This document shows, piece after piece, positions 8,933 to 18,189 of a DNA stretch of 64,000 nt (positions are counted from its first letter, which is position 1; each line of letters begins with the position of its first letter). The position numbers were made by a program, and so were the translations under genes. Location: the NCBI GenBank assembly GCA_964522405.1, contig CAZFTR010000001.1:116686-180685 (forward strand), given 5' to 3'. The stretch comes from an uncultured Gammaproteobacteria bacterium (GTDB lineage: Bacteria > Patescibacteriota > Patescibacteriia > Magasanikbacterales > UBA922). The notes beneath the pieces are model-generated. The model had not been told where the DNA came from, searched no databases, and saw nothing but the letters and a program-made list of their open reading frames with translations.

Positions 8933-10549
8933 ATGAAGATTAGCCTGTCAGTACAATTTTCTATTTTGATTATAACTACACTTATTAATTTTCTTTTGTT
9001 ACATTCAGTTTACAATGCTAAACCTAGAAAAATATCAAATAAAATCTTCGCTCTTTTAAGTTTTGTAACTAGTCTTTGGTTTATTGCCATGTATGCCTCA
9101 GTTCAGCCCGGATTAGTTGATTATGGATTGCTGATTTTAAGAGCCACTTTCTTTTTGGCTGCTCCCATGAGCATGCTTCTTTTTCTTTTGGCTCATGTTA
9201 TGCCGGAAAACAAGATAACTTTTAAGAAATCTACCTTATATTCTGTCTATTCAATAACTGTATTGATGATGTTTTTATCATTCACTGATCTGATGTTTAG
9301 TGGAGTAACAGTAATAAATGGTTCAATTCAACCAATTCCTGGTTTGGGTATGTTATTTTTCTCGCTGGTTTCTACTTTTTTCAGTGTTTCAGCTGTATAC
9401 ATTCTTATCAGAAAGTACTTTAGGTTTGTCGAGGCTAAGCGCAAGCAAGTAAGATTGATTCTTGCGGGAATATTTATTATGTTGTCTTTGATTATTTCAA
9501 CTATCATGGTCCCGGTTGCCCTATTTGAAAATAATTATTTTGTATCTTTTGCGCCTTTTTATGTATTACTTTTCCTAGTTTTTACTGCGGCTGCAATTAT
9601 GAAGCACAGGCTATTTAATATAAAATTAATTGCCACAGAATCATTTATCGCTATACTGATAATAGTTGTTTTGTTTGAAGGTATGCTTTCTGATTCTCTA
9701 GTGCAGTTAGTATATAAAATTTTATTTGCAATTTTTATCGGATTTCTAGGAAGATTACTCATAAGGAGTGTGAAGAGAGAAATAAGACAAAGAGAAAAAT
9801 TAACCATAATGACCAAGAATTTGGAAACTGCAAATTTACGACTAAAACAGCTTGATCAGCAGAAGACAGAATTTCTTTCAATTGCCTCTCATCAACTTCG
9901 TACACCACTTTCCATTATCAAAGGATATCTTGAACTTATAAAAGATGGAGCTTATGGAAAAGTAACCAAGGCCACAGTTGAGATTTTAGATAATATGGAT
10001 ACTAGCAATGAAAGGCTGGTCAAATTGGTTGATGAATTTCTTGATGTTACCAGAATTGAACAGGGGAGGACCAAGTATAATTTTGAAAAACATAATATGT
10101 CTGATCTTATTTCCGGAGTGGTAGAGGAATTAAGAGATAGGGCAACACAAAAAGGTTTGAAATTAAATTGGAAAAAACCCAGTAAATTTCCTGAGTTTAA
10201 AATTGATGAGGAAAAAATTCGTCATGTAGTTTTTAATTTTATTGATAATGCTACAAAATACACTGAAAGAGGAAAAATAGATGTCAGCTTGGAGAAGGAT
10301 GCCAAGGGTGTAAGTTTTAAAGTAAAAGATACTGGTATAGGTTTTAACAAAAAAGATCAAGTAAATTTCTTTCAGAAGTTTTTTCGGGGTACAAATGTAA
10401 AAACAGTAAATGTAGGTGGTACAGGACTTGGTATTTATGTTTGTAAAAAATTTATAGAAAACCATAAAGGTAAAGTTTGGGCCAAAAGTCCTGGCTTGGG
10501 GAAGGGTGGAGAATTTGGTTTTTGGATACCTTTCAAGAGAAAAAAATAA
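8933..10549 (+). CDS. Multi-TM (HisKA_7TM-like) sensor histidine kinase
   Basis: About 8-9 N-terminal hydrophobic segments, H-box SIASHQLRTPL, N-box DNATKYT, DTGIG, GTGLG; ATG at 8933 chosen as start. Confidence 0.92.
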   Translation: MKISLSVQFSILIITTLINFLLLHSVYNAKPRKISNKIFALLSFVTSLWFIAMYASVQPGLVDYGLLILRATFFLAAPMSMLLFLLAHVMPENKITFKKSTLYSVYSITVLMMFLSFTDLMFSGVTVINGSIQPIPGLGMLFFSLVSTFFSVSAVYILIRKYFRFVEAKRKQVRLILAGIFIMLSLIISTIMVPVALFENNYFVSFAPFYVLLFLVFTAAAIMKHRLFNIKLIATESFIAILIIVVLFEGMLSDSLVQLVYKILFAIFIGFLGRLLIRSVKREIRQREKLTIMTKNLETANLRLKQLDQQKTEFLSIASHQLRTPLSIIKGYLELIKDGAYGKVTKATVEILDNMDTSNERLVKLVDEFLDVTRIEQGRTKYNFEKHNMSDLISGVVEELRDRATQKGLKLNWKKPSKFPEFKIDEEKIRHVVFNFIDNATKYTERGKIDVSLEKDAKGVSFKVKDTGIGFNKKDQVNFFQKFFRGTNVKTVNVGGTGLGIYVCKKFIENHKGKVWAKSPGLGKGGEFGFWIPFKRKK

Positions 10550-10554
10550 CCCAG

Positions 10555-10606
10555 ACAAGCCTTTCTTTGAATACAATTTATGCTCAAAGAAGGGCTTGTT
10601 TTTTTT
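10555..10606 (+). terminator. Intrinsic terminator ending the tyrS-to-kinase run
   Basis: ACAAGCCTTTCTTTGA...TCAAAGAAGGGCTTGT followed by a T run. Confidence 0.7.
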
Positions 10607-10662
10607 ATAATTTTAATTTATAATAAAAAAACTATAATTTATCTCTAAAATGCAAATTTAAT

Positions 10663-11133
10663 ATGTTTAAATCATCAGAACCTCAAATCTCAAAACAAGA
10701 TACACAAGCAAAATCTTCTTCTGATAGTGTTGAGACAGTAGTAGGGCCATCAGTGGTGGTGGAGGGTGATTTTTCTTCTGAGGGTAATATTTTAGTAAAA
10801 GGAACAGTTTCAGGAAATGTAAAAACAGCGCAACTGCTCACTGTTGAGGCTGGGGCAAAGATTTTGGCAAATGTAAAGGCACATGATGCTCTGATTTCCG
10901 GAGAAGTAAAAGGTAATGTCCGAGTAAATGAGAAGCTTGAACTAACAGAATCAGCAAGAATTAGAGGAGATATATCTTGTAAGGTTTTGGTTGTTGCCGG
11001 CGGAGCACTTTTACAAGGAAAAGTCGGTATGAAAGGAATTGAGATTGCAGGCTCTGGAGCAGAAAAGAAAAAAACTCCAAAAGCCAAACCGAGTAAATCT
11101 GTTTCTGATTTAGAGATCAAACCATCTTCATAA
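10663..11133 (+). CDS. Bactofilin (polymer-forming cytoskeletal protein)
   Basis: ETVVGPSVVVEGD...GTVSGNV...ISGEVKGNV...ARIRGDI beta-helix pattern. Confidence 0.9.
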   Translation: MFKSSEPQISKQDTQAKSSSDSVETVVGPSVVVEGDFSSEGNILVKGTVSGNVKTAQLLTVEAGAKILANVKAHDALISGEVKGNVRVNEKLELTESARIRGDISCKVLVVAGGALLQGKVGMKGIEIAGSGAEKKKTPKAKPSKSVSDLEIKPSS

Positions 11134-11177
11134 AATAGATTGATTCTATTTTATTATCATCTTTCTAAAGGATAGAT

Positions 11178-11939
11178 ATGTACGTATACCTATATGACAA
11201 TTTTCTCAAGCAAAAACGCTATGAGAATGTTTTGAAGTCAATTGAAACCAAATTGACTGATTATGGTATTGCTGGTAAGATTATCCGACTGCAAAATTTC
11301 ACTAATGCCGAGTGGGTAATAGAAGATGAAATTAGAAAAGGTGCCAAAACAGTAGTAATTGTGGGTAATGATGTTACTTTTGGACATGTTTTATCACGAG
11401 CAGCTGCAAGCAATGTAATTTTTGGATTTCTTCCGATAGGTCCGCAAAATTCTATTGCTGAAGTTCTTGGAATTCCCACTGATGAAACTGCTGCAGATGT
11501 TTTGGCAAGAAGAAGAAAAGTAAGACTTGATGTGGGTTGGTTTAACAATCGTTATTTTATTTCTCAGCTGTATATAGAGCCAAGTAATATTGCAGTTGAA
11601 TATGATGAGAAATTTAAAGTTTCCAGTAAAAGTAAAAAAATGGAATTAGTAGTTTGCAATCTCCAGCCTTTTCATTGGAAGAAAAAGGGTAAGGACAATG
11701 TAGTTCATCCGCAAGACGGTAAACTTGAGGCATTTCTACGGCCAATGGTAAAAACTAAGCTTTTTAGAAAAGCAGAATTTGAAGATCCAAGTATTTTTCC
11801 ATTTGAAGAAATGATAGTTAGCAGTAAAACTCCTTTTCCTGTAAAAGCAGATGGGAAATTATCCAAAGAGACAAAAATAACAATTAAGCTAGCCAAGAAG
11901 AGAATAAATATGATTGTTGGTGGAGCCAGGAAGTTTTAA
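11178..11939 (+). CDS. Diacylglycerol-kinase-family-like protein (degenerate GGDG motif)
   Basis: VVIVGNDVTF, GFLPIG..NSIAEVLGIP, LDVG, PQDGKLE, ADG. Confidence 0.7.
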   Translation: MYVYLYDNFLKQKRYENVLKSIETKLTDYGIAGKIIRLQNFTNAEWVIEDEIRKGAKTVVIVGNDVTFGHVLSRAAASNVIFGFLPIGPQNSIAEVLGIPTDETAADVLARRRKVRLDVGWFNNRYFISQLYIEPSNIAVEYDEKFKVSSKSKKMELVVCNLQPFHWKKKGKDNVVHPQDGKLEAFLRPMVKTKLFRKAEFEDPSIFPFEEMIVSSKTPFPVKADGKLSKETKITIKLAKKRINMIVGGARKF

Positions 11940-11958
11940 GAGTTTATAATTAAATTAA

Positions 11959-12041
11959 GCGCGAGTGGTGGAACGGTAGACACGCAGGCTTGAGGGGCCT
12001 GTGCTCGCAAGGGTGTGGAGGTTCAAATCCTCTCTCGCGCA
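11959..12041 (+). tRNA. tRNA-Leu(GAG)
   Basis: Cloverleaf with long variable arm; anticodon arm CAGGC-TT GAG GG-GCCTG; GGTTCAAATCC T-arm. Confidence 0.95.
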
Positions 12042-12042
12042 C

Positions 12043-12071
12043 AAAAAAAGCAAGGTTTCTGGCCTTGTTTT
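12043..12071. terminator. Bidirectional terminator shared by tRNA-Leu and the GC-rich unit
   Basis: A7-GCAAGG-tttctgg-CCTTGT-TTT. Confidence 0.7.
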
Positions 12072-12089
12072 ATTATTTACGAGATAAAT

Positions 12090-12422
12090 TGGGAGTCGGG
12101 CGACGCGTCTGAGGGGAACCTCAGACGCGTCGCCACACTCGCCGTCCTTGCCTGCGCTGTTGCGCAGACCCGCGTGGTTGGGGCGCCGTGCACCCCTTCC
12201 TTGCCTGGCCGCCGAAGCGACCTGTCGGTGCCCGGTATGGTACCGGAGCACTCCTGGCGTCGAAGCGCTCATCGTGGTGTCTCGCCGTTGCGATTCACCG
12301 GAGTCGGCGCGCTGGCGTGCGCCATTCTCGAGATGACCCTTGCAGTCGGTGCCGTCAGCAGGTGACGGCGGTTCCGTTGCCTTGAGCGATCATCTGTGCC
12401 CCCGAAGAGGCCTTCGGCGTGG
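12090..12422 (-). ncRNA. Highly structured GC-rich 3' region (about 330 nt) of the 12423-13286 gene
   Basis: At least 8 hairpins, including a perfect 16-bp stem (12099-12134) and two cUUCGg-capped stems; G-U pairs only work on the minus strand. Confidence 0.7.
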
Positions 12423-13286
12423 CTACCAGCTGAAGCAGAAGTCGCTGCTCGTCGCCGTGTAGCCCGCCTCGTCGCAGCAGCCCGCGGTCACCCCGTTCGG
12501 GTTGTCGCCGCCCGCGCCGTAGTCGGTGTTCACGTCCTCGTTGGTCGCCGCCGTCACGTTCTCCGCCGCCGCGGTGGCCGTCTGGTTCAGGTTGTGCGGG
12601 AAGTCGCCCGTCGCAGCCGTCGCCGTGTTGGTCATGCCCGAGTTGCCAGTCTCCACCGTCTCGCCGCCGCCCGCGCCGTAGTCGGTGTTGCCCAGGTTGG
12701 CCTTGTTCGCGTCGAAGTCCGCCGTACCGCCGGTGTCGTTCGCCGCGTTCGCGCCGTAGTCGGTGTTCACCACCATCTCGATCTGGGTCGCGCCGTAGTC
12801 CACCAGGAAGGGGATGTCCACAGCCAGCGTGGTGTCCACCCGCATCAGGATCGCGGTCGCGCCGTGCTCGCCGTAGTTGTCCAGCATGGTCGCCCAGATC
12901 GCCGTCGCGTTCTCCGTCGCTGCACCCGCGTTGTCGTGCATCCACTGCCAGCCGTCGAAGGCCACCGTCTCGCGCGCCGCGCCGTAGTCGGTGTTGGTGC
13001 CCATGATGAGGTGCGCCAGCTCGTCGTCGGTCAGGGCCGCCTCCCGGTTCATGGCGAACCAGTTGTTGGCCGCGTCCAGCAGAACCCGGTTGCTGTTGCC
13101 GTCGTCGACGAAGGTCAACAGCAGGTTGCCGTTGAAGTCCACGTCCACCGTCAGGGTGGTGTGGGCCGGGGCGTCGACCTGATCGATGGTCGGCGTGTCC
13201 GGCTCGGCAGCCGCGATGCTGGTGGGCAGCACCAGCAGAAGCAGGACCGCGAATGCGGCCGTCAGGAACGAAAGTCTCCGTCTCAT
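12423..13286 (-). CDS. Secreted acidic protein with NTDYGA repeats, high-GC codon usage, unknown function
   Basis: GGAGG SD; Sec-type signal peptide MRRRLSFL...IAAA; third positions almost all G/C; four NTDYGA repeats. Confidence 0.85.
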   Translation of the reverse strand: MRRRLSFLTAAFAVLLLLVLPTSIAAAEPDTPTIDQVDAPAHTTLTVDVDFNGNLLLTFVDDGNSNRVLLDAANNWFAMNREAALTDDELAHLIMGTNTDYGAARETVAFDGWQWMHDNAGAATENATAIWATMLDNYGEHGATAILMRVDTTLAVDIPFLVDYGATQIEMVVNTDYGANAANDTGGTADFDANKANLGNTDYGAGGGETVETGNSGMTNTATAATGDFPHNLNQTATAAAENVTAATNEDVNTDYGAGGDNPNGVTAGCCDEAGYTATSSDFCFSW

Positions 13287-13351
13287 CTTAGGAATTCCTC
13301 CACAAGGTCATCAACTTCCCGCGCCAGGTTTGGTTCGGGATTGCATTATCC

Positions 13352-13380
13352 ATTATATGATTTTTTTTGAGAGTGTGCAA
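13352..13380 (-). promoter_or_regulatory. sigma70 promoter of the GC-rich NTDYGA unit
   Basis: TTGCAC-N17-TATAAT immediately before the AT-to-GC transition. Confidence 0.7.
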
Positions 13381-13529
13381 GTATTGTAAGAGAAAGCGAT
13401 TTTCCAACAATGAAATTTGTCAAATGATTTGTTTTTTCTTAACTGAATTTTTATTATTTGCTATAATGATAATATTAAAAATTGAAAATTCAAGCATTGA
13501 GATTTCAATTAGAAGATTTTTTAAATTTT

Positions 13530-13875
13530 ATGGATGAATATTCAACAGCTGGTCAAATTATGTATTGGCTAGTTATGCTCGCTCTCTATCTTTATCAGGG
13601 TTATGCATTTTTGATAATTGCCAAAAGAACAGGTACTGCCAATGGCTGGATGGCATTTATACCGATCCTAAATGTTTTTTTGATGCTAAGAATTGCTAAA
13701 AAGCCTCTATGGTGGTTTCTTTTGCTTTTAGTTCCTCTTATAAATATTATTTTTAATTTTGTTGCTTATTGGACTGGCAAGATCTCTGAATAAATCTCCA
13801 TGGTTTGGGATTTTATTGATGGTTCCAATTGTTAATTTAGTTGCTCTCGGGTATTTGGCTTTTAGTGAGAATTAG
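13530..13875 (+). pseudogene. Frameshifted DUF5684-like small membrane protein
   Basis: IAKRTG..GWMAFIPILN..LLVPLINII continues in another frame as LILLLIGLARSLNKSPWFGILLMVPIVNLVALGYLAFSEN*; the shift is at T5 13750-13754. Confidence 0.7.
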
Positions 13876-13888
13876 AAAAAATAAATTA

Positions 13889-13917
13889 AAAAACCACGGA
13901 TTAAACCGTGGTTTTTT
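13889..13917. terminator. Bidirectional terminator
   Basis: AAAAAACCACGG-attaaa-CCGTGGTTTTTT. Confidence 0.8.
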
Positions 13918-13921
13918 AATG

Positions 13922-14318
13922 CCTTGTCCATTAAATAAGCCGAATTCTGTATCCTTGCAAGCAAGGTAATGATCATTTCTCTGGTTCCAGTGTTGCCACT
14001 AGAATCTAACGAGCTAACTTTTCGAATTCTGAAATTCAGAAAACGCTGCTCTTTCTCCAGGTAGGGTTTACCACCCTGACATAATGTCAGGTAGTATGGT
14101 AGCTTTTGACTCGAGATCAAAAACATCCATACTCTTTTCACCTTTCATTTTGCGAAGCAAAATTAGTATAGTCTCTGCGGCACTTTCCCGTCCATACTTG
14201 TCACCAAGCCGGAGGTGGGCGTTACCCACTACCATGACCCCGAAGAACTTCGGGGGGAGTTCGGACTTTCCTTCCAGCTCCCAAAAGGAGCCAGGCGATC
14301 ATTTATAATGAACAAGAC
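13922..14318 (-). ncRNA. rnpB: RNase P RNA
   Basis: Minus strand has GAAGGAAAGUCCGAACUC near the 5' end and ACAGAAUUCGGCUUAU near the 3' end; ends are complementary (P1); upstream TTGACA-N17-TATATT promoter at 14326-14354. Confidence 0.95.
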
Positions 14319-14423
14319 AAAGCTTAATATAGCATATTTTGGAGAGTTTGTCAAGTTGACCAAAGGCCTTTATTTAGGTAAAATAGCCTAGTAAGTAATA
14401 TTTTGTTGGTATAAAAGAAACCC

Positions 14424-15842
14424 ATGAAACGTTCTCAGGTGATACTAATGGTACTTCAGGTGCCGATCGACTATATTGTCTTGATTTTAGCAGGTATTTC
14501 AGCTTTTTATCTGCGTTTTTCTGATTGGGCTATTTCCATGCGACCGGTTGTTTTTGATATAACTCTTAGTGAGTTTACTGCTTTTGTTTCAGTTATATCC
14601 ATTGTTTGGCTAGTTATTTTTGCTATTGCCGGGCTCTATTCTGTAAATCCAAATAGGAAATTTTCCGCAGATATTACTCGTATTATTTTTGCTTGTTCTT
14701 CTGCGCTTGCTCTTGTTGCTGTTTATGTTATGTTCGCTCAGCAATTGTTTGATTCACGTTTTCTCGTAGCAGCTTCTTGGGGTTTTGCAATTGTCTATAT
14801 GATAATTGCCAGACTGCTTATGAGGGGTGTTAAATCTCTTATGTATCGACTTGGTTTTGGACAAAGACGAGTGGTTATAGTTGGTTCAGAAGAAGTTGCA
14901 GAAGCTATTAAAAATGAATTAGAAAAAAGACCAGAACTCGGATATAAATTTCTGGGTCAATTTAAGAAATTTGAAAAATCAATTATCCCTAAATTAAAAA
15001 GATTAAGATTAGATGAGTTGCTTTTTATAAATCCAAGAGCAGATGAACTTGAAAGTTTGCAAGCATTGGATTTTTGCAATGAAAATCATATTGTTTTTAA
15101 ATATTCTGCAGACCTTTTTGCGACTTACAGCGCAAATATGAGTGTGCATCCAGTGGCTGGAATTCCAATTGTTGAACTCAGAAGAACCAGGCTTGGTGCA
15201 TGGGGTAGAGTAATCAAAAGAATTTTTGATATTTTTATGAGTTTGTTTTTAATTGTTTTGTTTAGCCCATTGATGCTTTTGGTTGGTATTTTAATTATGG
15301 TTGAATCCGGTCGACCAGTTATTTACAAAAACGAAAGAGTTGGATTTAAGACTAGGAACTTCACTGCCTATAAATTTCGTTCGATGTTACAGAAGTATTG
15401 TACAGGTTCACAGTTTGGAAATGCTGGGAAAAAAGCAGAAAAGCATGAAGAAAAATTAATTGAAAAACAAAACTCAAAAGCAGGCCCGATTTACAAAGTA
15501 AAAGACGATCCCAGAATTACTAGGATTGGAAGTTTTATTCGCAGATTTAGTATTGATGAGTTACCACAATTTTTTAATGTTTTGATGGGAAATATGAGTT
15601 TGGTTGGACCGCGCCCTCATCAGCCGAGAGAAGTTGCTGGTTATGAAAAACAGCATAAATCAGTTTTCAATGTTAAGCCTGGAGTTACCGGCTTGGCGCA
15701 GATTTCCGGTAGAAGTGATTTGAGTTATGAAGAGGAGATGAAGTTGGATATTTTGTATATTGAGAGATGGAGTATTATGCTTGATTTGGTTATTTTGCTC
15801 AAAACTCCCTTTGTCATATTTAAGAGTAGGAAAGTTGTTTAG
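14424..15842 (+). CDS. Polyprenyl glycosylphosphotransferase (WcaJ/WbaP-type sugar transferase)
   Basis: N-terminal TMs, KRIFD, YKFRSM, DDPRIT, DELPQ, SLVGPRP, KPGVTGLAQ. Confidence 0.93.
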   Translation: MKRSQVILMVLQVPIDYIVLILAGISAFYLRFSDWAISMRPVVFDITLSEFTAFVSVISIVWLVIFAIAGLYSVNPNRKFSADITRIIFACSSALALVAVYVMFAQQLFDSRFLVAASWGFAIVYMIIARLLMRGVKSLMYRLGFGQRRVVIVGSEEVAEAIKNELEKRPELGYKFLGQFKKFEKSIIPKLKRLRLDELLFINPRADELESLQALDFCNENHIVFKYSADLFATYSANMSVHPVAGIPIVELRRTRLGAWGRVIKRIFDIFMSLFLIVLFSPLMLLVGILIMVESGRPVIYKNERVGFKTRNFTAYKFRSMLQKYCTGSQFGNAGKKAEKHEEKLIEKQNSKAGPIYKVKDDPRITRIGSFIRRFSIDELPQFFNVLMGNMSLVGPRPHQPREVAGYEKQHKSVFNVKPGVTGLAQISGRSDLSYEEEMKLDILYIERWSIMLDLVILLKTPFVIFKSRKVV

Positions 15843-15844
15843 AT

Positions 15845-16990
15845 ATGAAAATAGCACTTGTACACGATTACCTGTCACAGCACGGAGGAGCAGAACGAGT
15901 TCTCGAGGCTTTTTCTGAAATTTGGCCAGAGGCGCCAATTTTTGTGCTTTTTCATGACAAAAAGAAAATAAAAGATTTTCAAGACAAAGATATTCGTCAG
16001 TCTTTTATACGCAGAATGCCCTTTGCCAAGAGTAAGTATCAATGGTATCTGCCTTGGATGCCTCTTGCGACTGAGCGTCATAATCTTCATGAATTTGATA
16101 TTGTATTGTCATCAACCAGCGCTTTTGCCAAGGGTGTTTTAACTAGACCTGATACTCTTCATATTTCCTATTGTCACACTCCGACCAGATATCTTTGGAC
16201 TGATACTCATGAATATATTGCTGATCTTAAGCATAATAAGTTGATAAAATCTGTTTTGCCCAGATTGATTCACAGACTTCGCTTATGGGATACCATGAGT
16301 ATTGATCGAGTTGATAATTTTATTGCAAATTCTCGAACAGTACGCGGTCGGGTTCAGAAATATTACCGACGCGACAGCCAGGTAATTTATCCGCCGGTTG
16401 ATATTGAGAAATTTTATATTTCCAATGATATTGGTAGTTATTTTGTTTCCGGAGGAAGGCTAGTGCCTTACAAACGTTTTGATTTGCTTATTCAAACATT
16501 TAATAGATTGGGCACACCTCTGAAGATTTTTGGGACAGGACCAGAGAGAGAGCGTTTGGAGAAAAAAGCTAAGAGAAATATACAATTTTTAGGTCATTTA
16601 TCTGAAAAAGATAAAGCCGATTTGCTTAGTAGGGCAAAAGCATTTATTCACCCCCAAGTTGAAGACCTGGGCATCACACCAATTGAATCCATGGCATGTG
16701 GTAGGCCAGTGATTGCTTATGGGGTTGGTGGAGTAACAGAAACAGTAATTCCCGGCAAAACCGGTGTATTTTTCGATGAGCAAACCTGGGAATCTCTTCT
16801 TGATACTGTTATTCATTTTGATCCCCACGAGTGGGATACCCAGGCAATTCGTGAATGGGCTGAGCGTTTTGATATTAAGCATTTCAAAAAAAGAATAAAA
16901 AATTATGTTGAAGATAGTTATGGTCAATTTCAGCAAGATCTAAATCAGTGTGTGCTAGATTTTCATGTAGACAGTAGTCAGAGAAAATAG
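15845..16990 (+). CDS. GT4 glycosyltransferase (WbaZ-like)
   Basis: MKIALVHDYL..GGAERV, YCHTPTRY, EDLGITPIESMACG. Confidence 0.9.
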   Translation: MKIALVHDYLSQHGGAERVLEAFSEIWPEAPIFVLFHDKKKIKDFQDKDIRQSFIRRMPFAKSKYQWYLPWMPLATERHNLHEFDIVLSSTSAFAKGVLTRPDTLHISYCHTPTRYLWTDTHEYIADLKHNKLIKSVLPRLIHRLRLWDTMSIDRVDNFIANSRTVRGRVQKYYRRDSQVIYPPVDIEKFYISNDIGSYFVSGGRLVPYKRFDLLIQTFNRLGTPLKIFGTGPERERLEKKAKRNIQFLGHLSEKDKADLLSRAKAFIHPQVEDLGITPIESMACGRPVIAYGVGGVTETVIPGKTGVFFDEQTWESLLDTVIHFDPHEWDTQAIREWAERFDIKHFKKRIKNYVEDSYGQFQQDLNQCVLDFHVDSSQRK

Positions 16991-16993
16991 TTT

Positions 16994-18133
16994 ATGAATA
17001 TTGCCATAGATATACGTTGCCTGATGAGCACTCAAAAAACAGGTGTTGCTGAATATACTTCAAGATTCTTGGATTCACTTTTAAGACAGAATACTGAAAA
17101 CCAGTATTTTTTGTTTTATAATTCACAGAATTTAGAGAATAAGAAAATTGAAAAATGGCAGGGAGAAAATATACATTATATAAAAACTGATTTTCCCAAT
17201 AAATTATTTAATTTAGGTATTTTTTTGTTTGGTTTTCCTAAGTTGGATAAATTGATTGAGTCTAAAATTAAAAAAGATTTGGCAGAGCCAGATTTTAAAT
17301 TAGACAGTTTTATTTCTCCAAATTTAAATTATACAGAAGTTTCCAAATCAGTTAAGTACGTCCTGGTAATTCACGATCTTAGTTTTGAGTTATTTCCTGA
17401 TACTTATTCTGCAAAGAGGCGATTGTGGCATAAAATTGTTTTTCCTAAAAAACAATGTCAGCGCGCAGATTTGATTTTAACTCCTTCTGAAAATACTAGG
17501 CAGGACTTGATAAAATATTTCAAATTAGATCAAAATAAAATTAAAGTATCTTATCCCAATCATCTATTTGGCTCAGAAAGTTCAGTAGGTTTTGAAAAAT
17601 TAAAAGAAAAATATCAATTGCCGGAAAAATATATTCTCTATCTAGGTACTCTTGAGCCCAGAAAAAATTTAGAGGCATTATTAACTGCATTTTCAAAAAC
17701 TAAAGCTAGGGATGGGGGATTTAAATTAGTAATTGCCGGCTCAAAGGGTTGGAAGTATAAAAAAATTCTAGAAGAAATTAAAAAAACAGATGGAGTAAAA
17801 TATATTGGCTATGTAGATGATGAAGATAAGGATGGATTATATAAAAATTCAAAATTATTTGTTTACCCTAGCCTGTATGAAGGTTTTGGTTTGCCAGTGC
17901 TTGAAGCCATGAGTAGTGGAGTTGCTGTGATTACCAGTAACAGATCTTCACTTGTTGAGGTCGGTGGTAATGCAGTGCATTATATAAACCCACTGAATAT
18001 TTCTGATATGATAATAGCTATAGATGAGGTTTTGGAGAATTCAGAATTAAATCAGGAATTGGTAAATAGGGGATATGAGCGGGTTGAGAAGTTTAATACT
18101 GAAGTTAGATTATTGGAATTATTGAGTAGGTAA
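16994..18133 (+). CDS. GT4 glycosyltransferase
   Basis: GTLEPRKN, PSLYEGFGLPVLEAM. Confidence 0.9.
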   Translation: MNIAIDIRCLMSTQKTGVAEYTSRFLDSLLRQNTENQYFLFYNSQNLENKKIEKWQGENIHYIKTDFPNKLFNLGIFLFGFPKLDKLIESKIKKDLAEPDFKLDSFISPNLNYTEVSKSVKYVLVIHDLSFELFPDTYSAKRRLWHKIVFPKKQCQRADLILTPSENTRQDLIKYFKLDQNKIKVSYPNHLFGSESSVGFEKLKEKYQLPEKYILYLGTLEPRKNLEALLTAFSKTKARDGGFKLVIAGSKGWKYKKILEEIKKTDGVKYIGYVDDEDKDGLYKNSKLFVYPSLYEGFGLPVLEAMSSGVAVITSNRSSLVEVGGNAVHYINPLNISDMIIAIDEVLENSELNQELVNRGYERVEKFNTEVRLLELLSR

Positions 18134-18189
18134 GTTGGGTAGGAAAAAATATGTTATAATTTATTGGCTATTGGTTATTCACTAATAAT

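Noticed and set aside
11955-13389. Overlapping long ORFs (12396-13370 +, 12355-12945 -, 12015-12365 + and others)
   Set aside because: These are shadow frames expected in high-GC3 DNA. They are Arg/Gly/Val-rich with no SD or signal peptide. Only 12423-13286 has a promoter, SD and codon bias.
12041-13480. Integrase-mediated genomic island at tRNA-Leu
   Set aside because: No duplicated tRNA 3' end (attR) and no recombinase found.
13872-14308. ORFs 13872-14141 and 14084-14308
   Set aside because: They overlap the RNase P RNA gene and are spurious.
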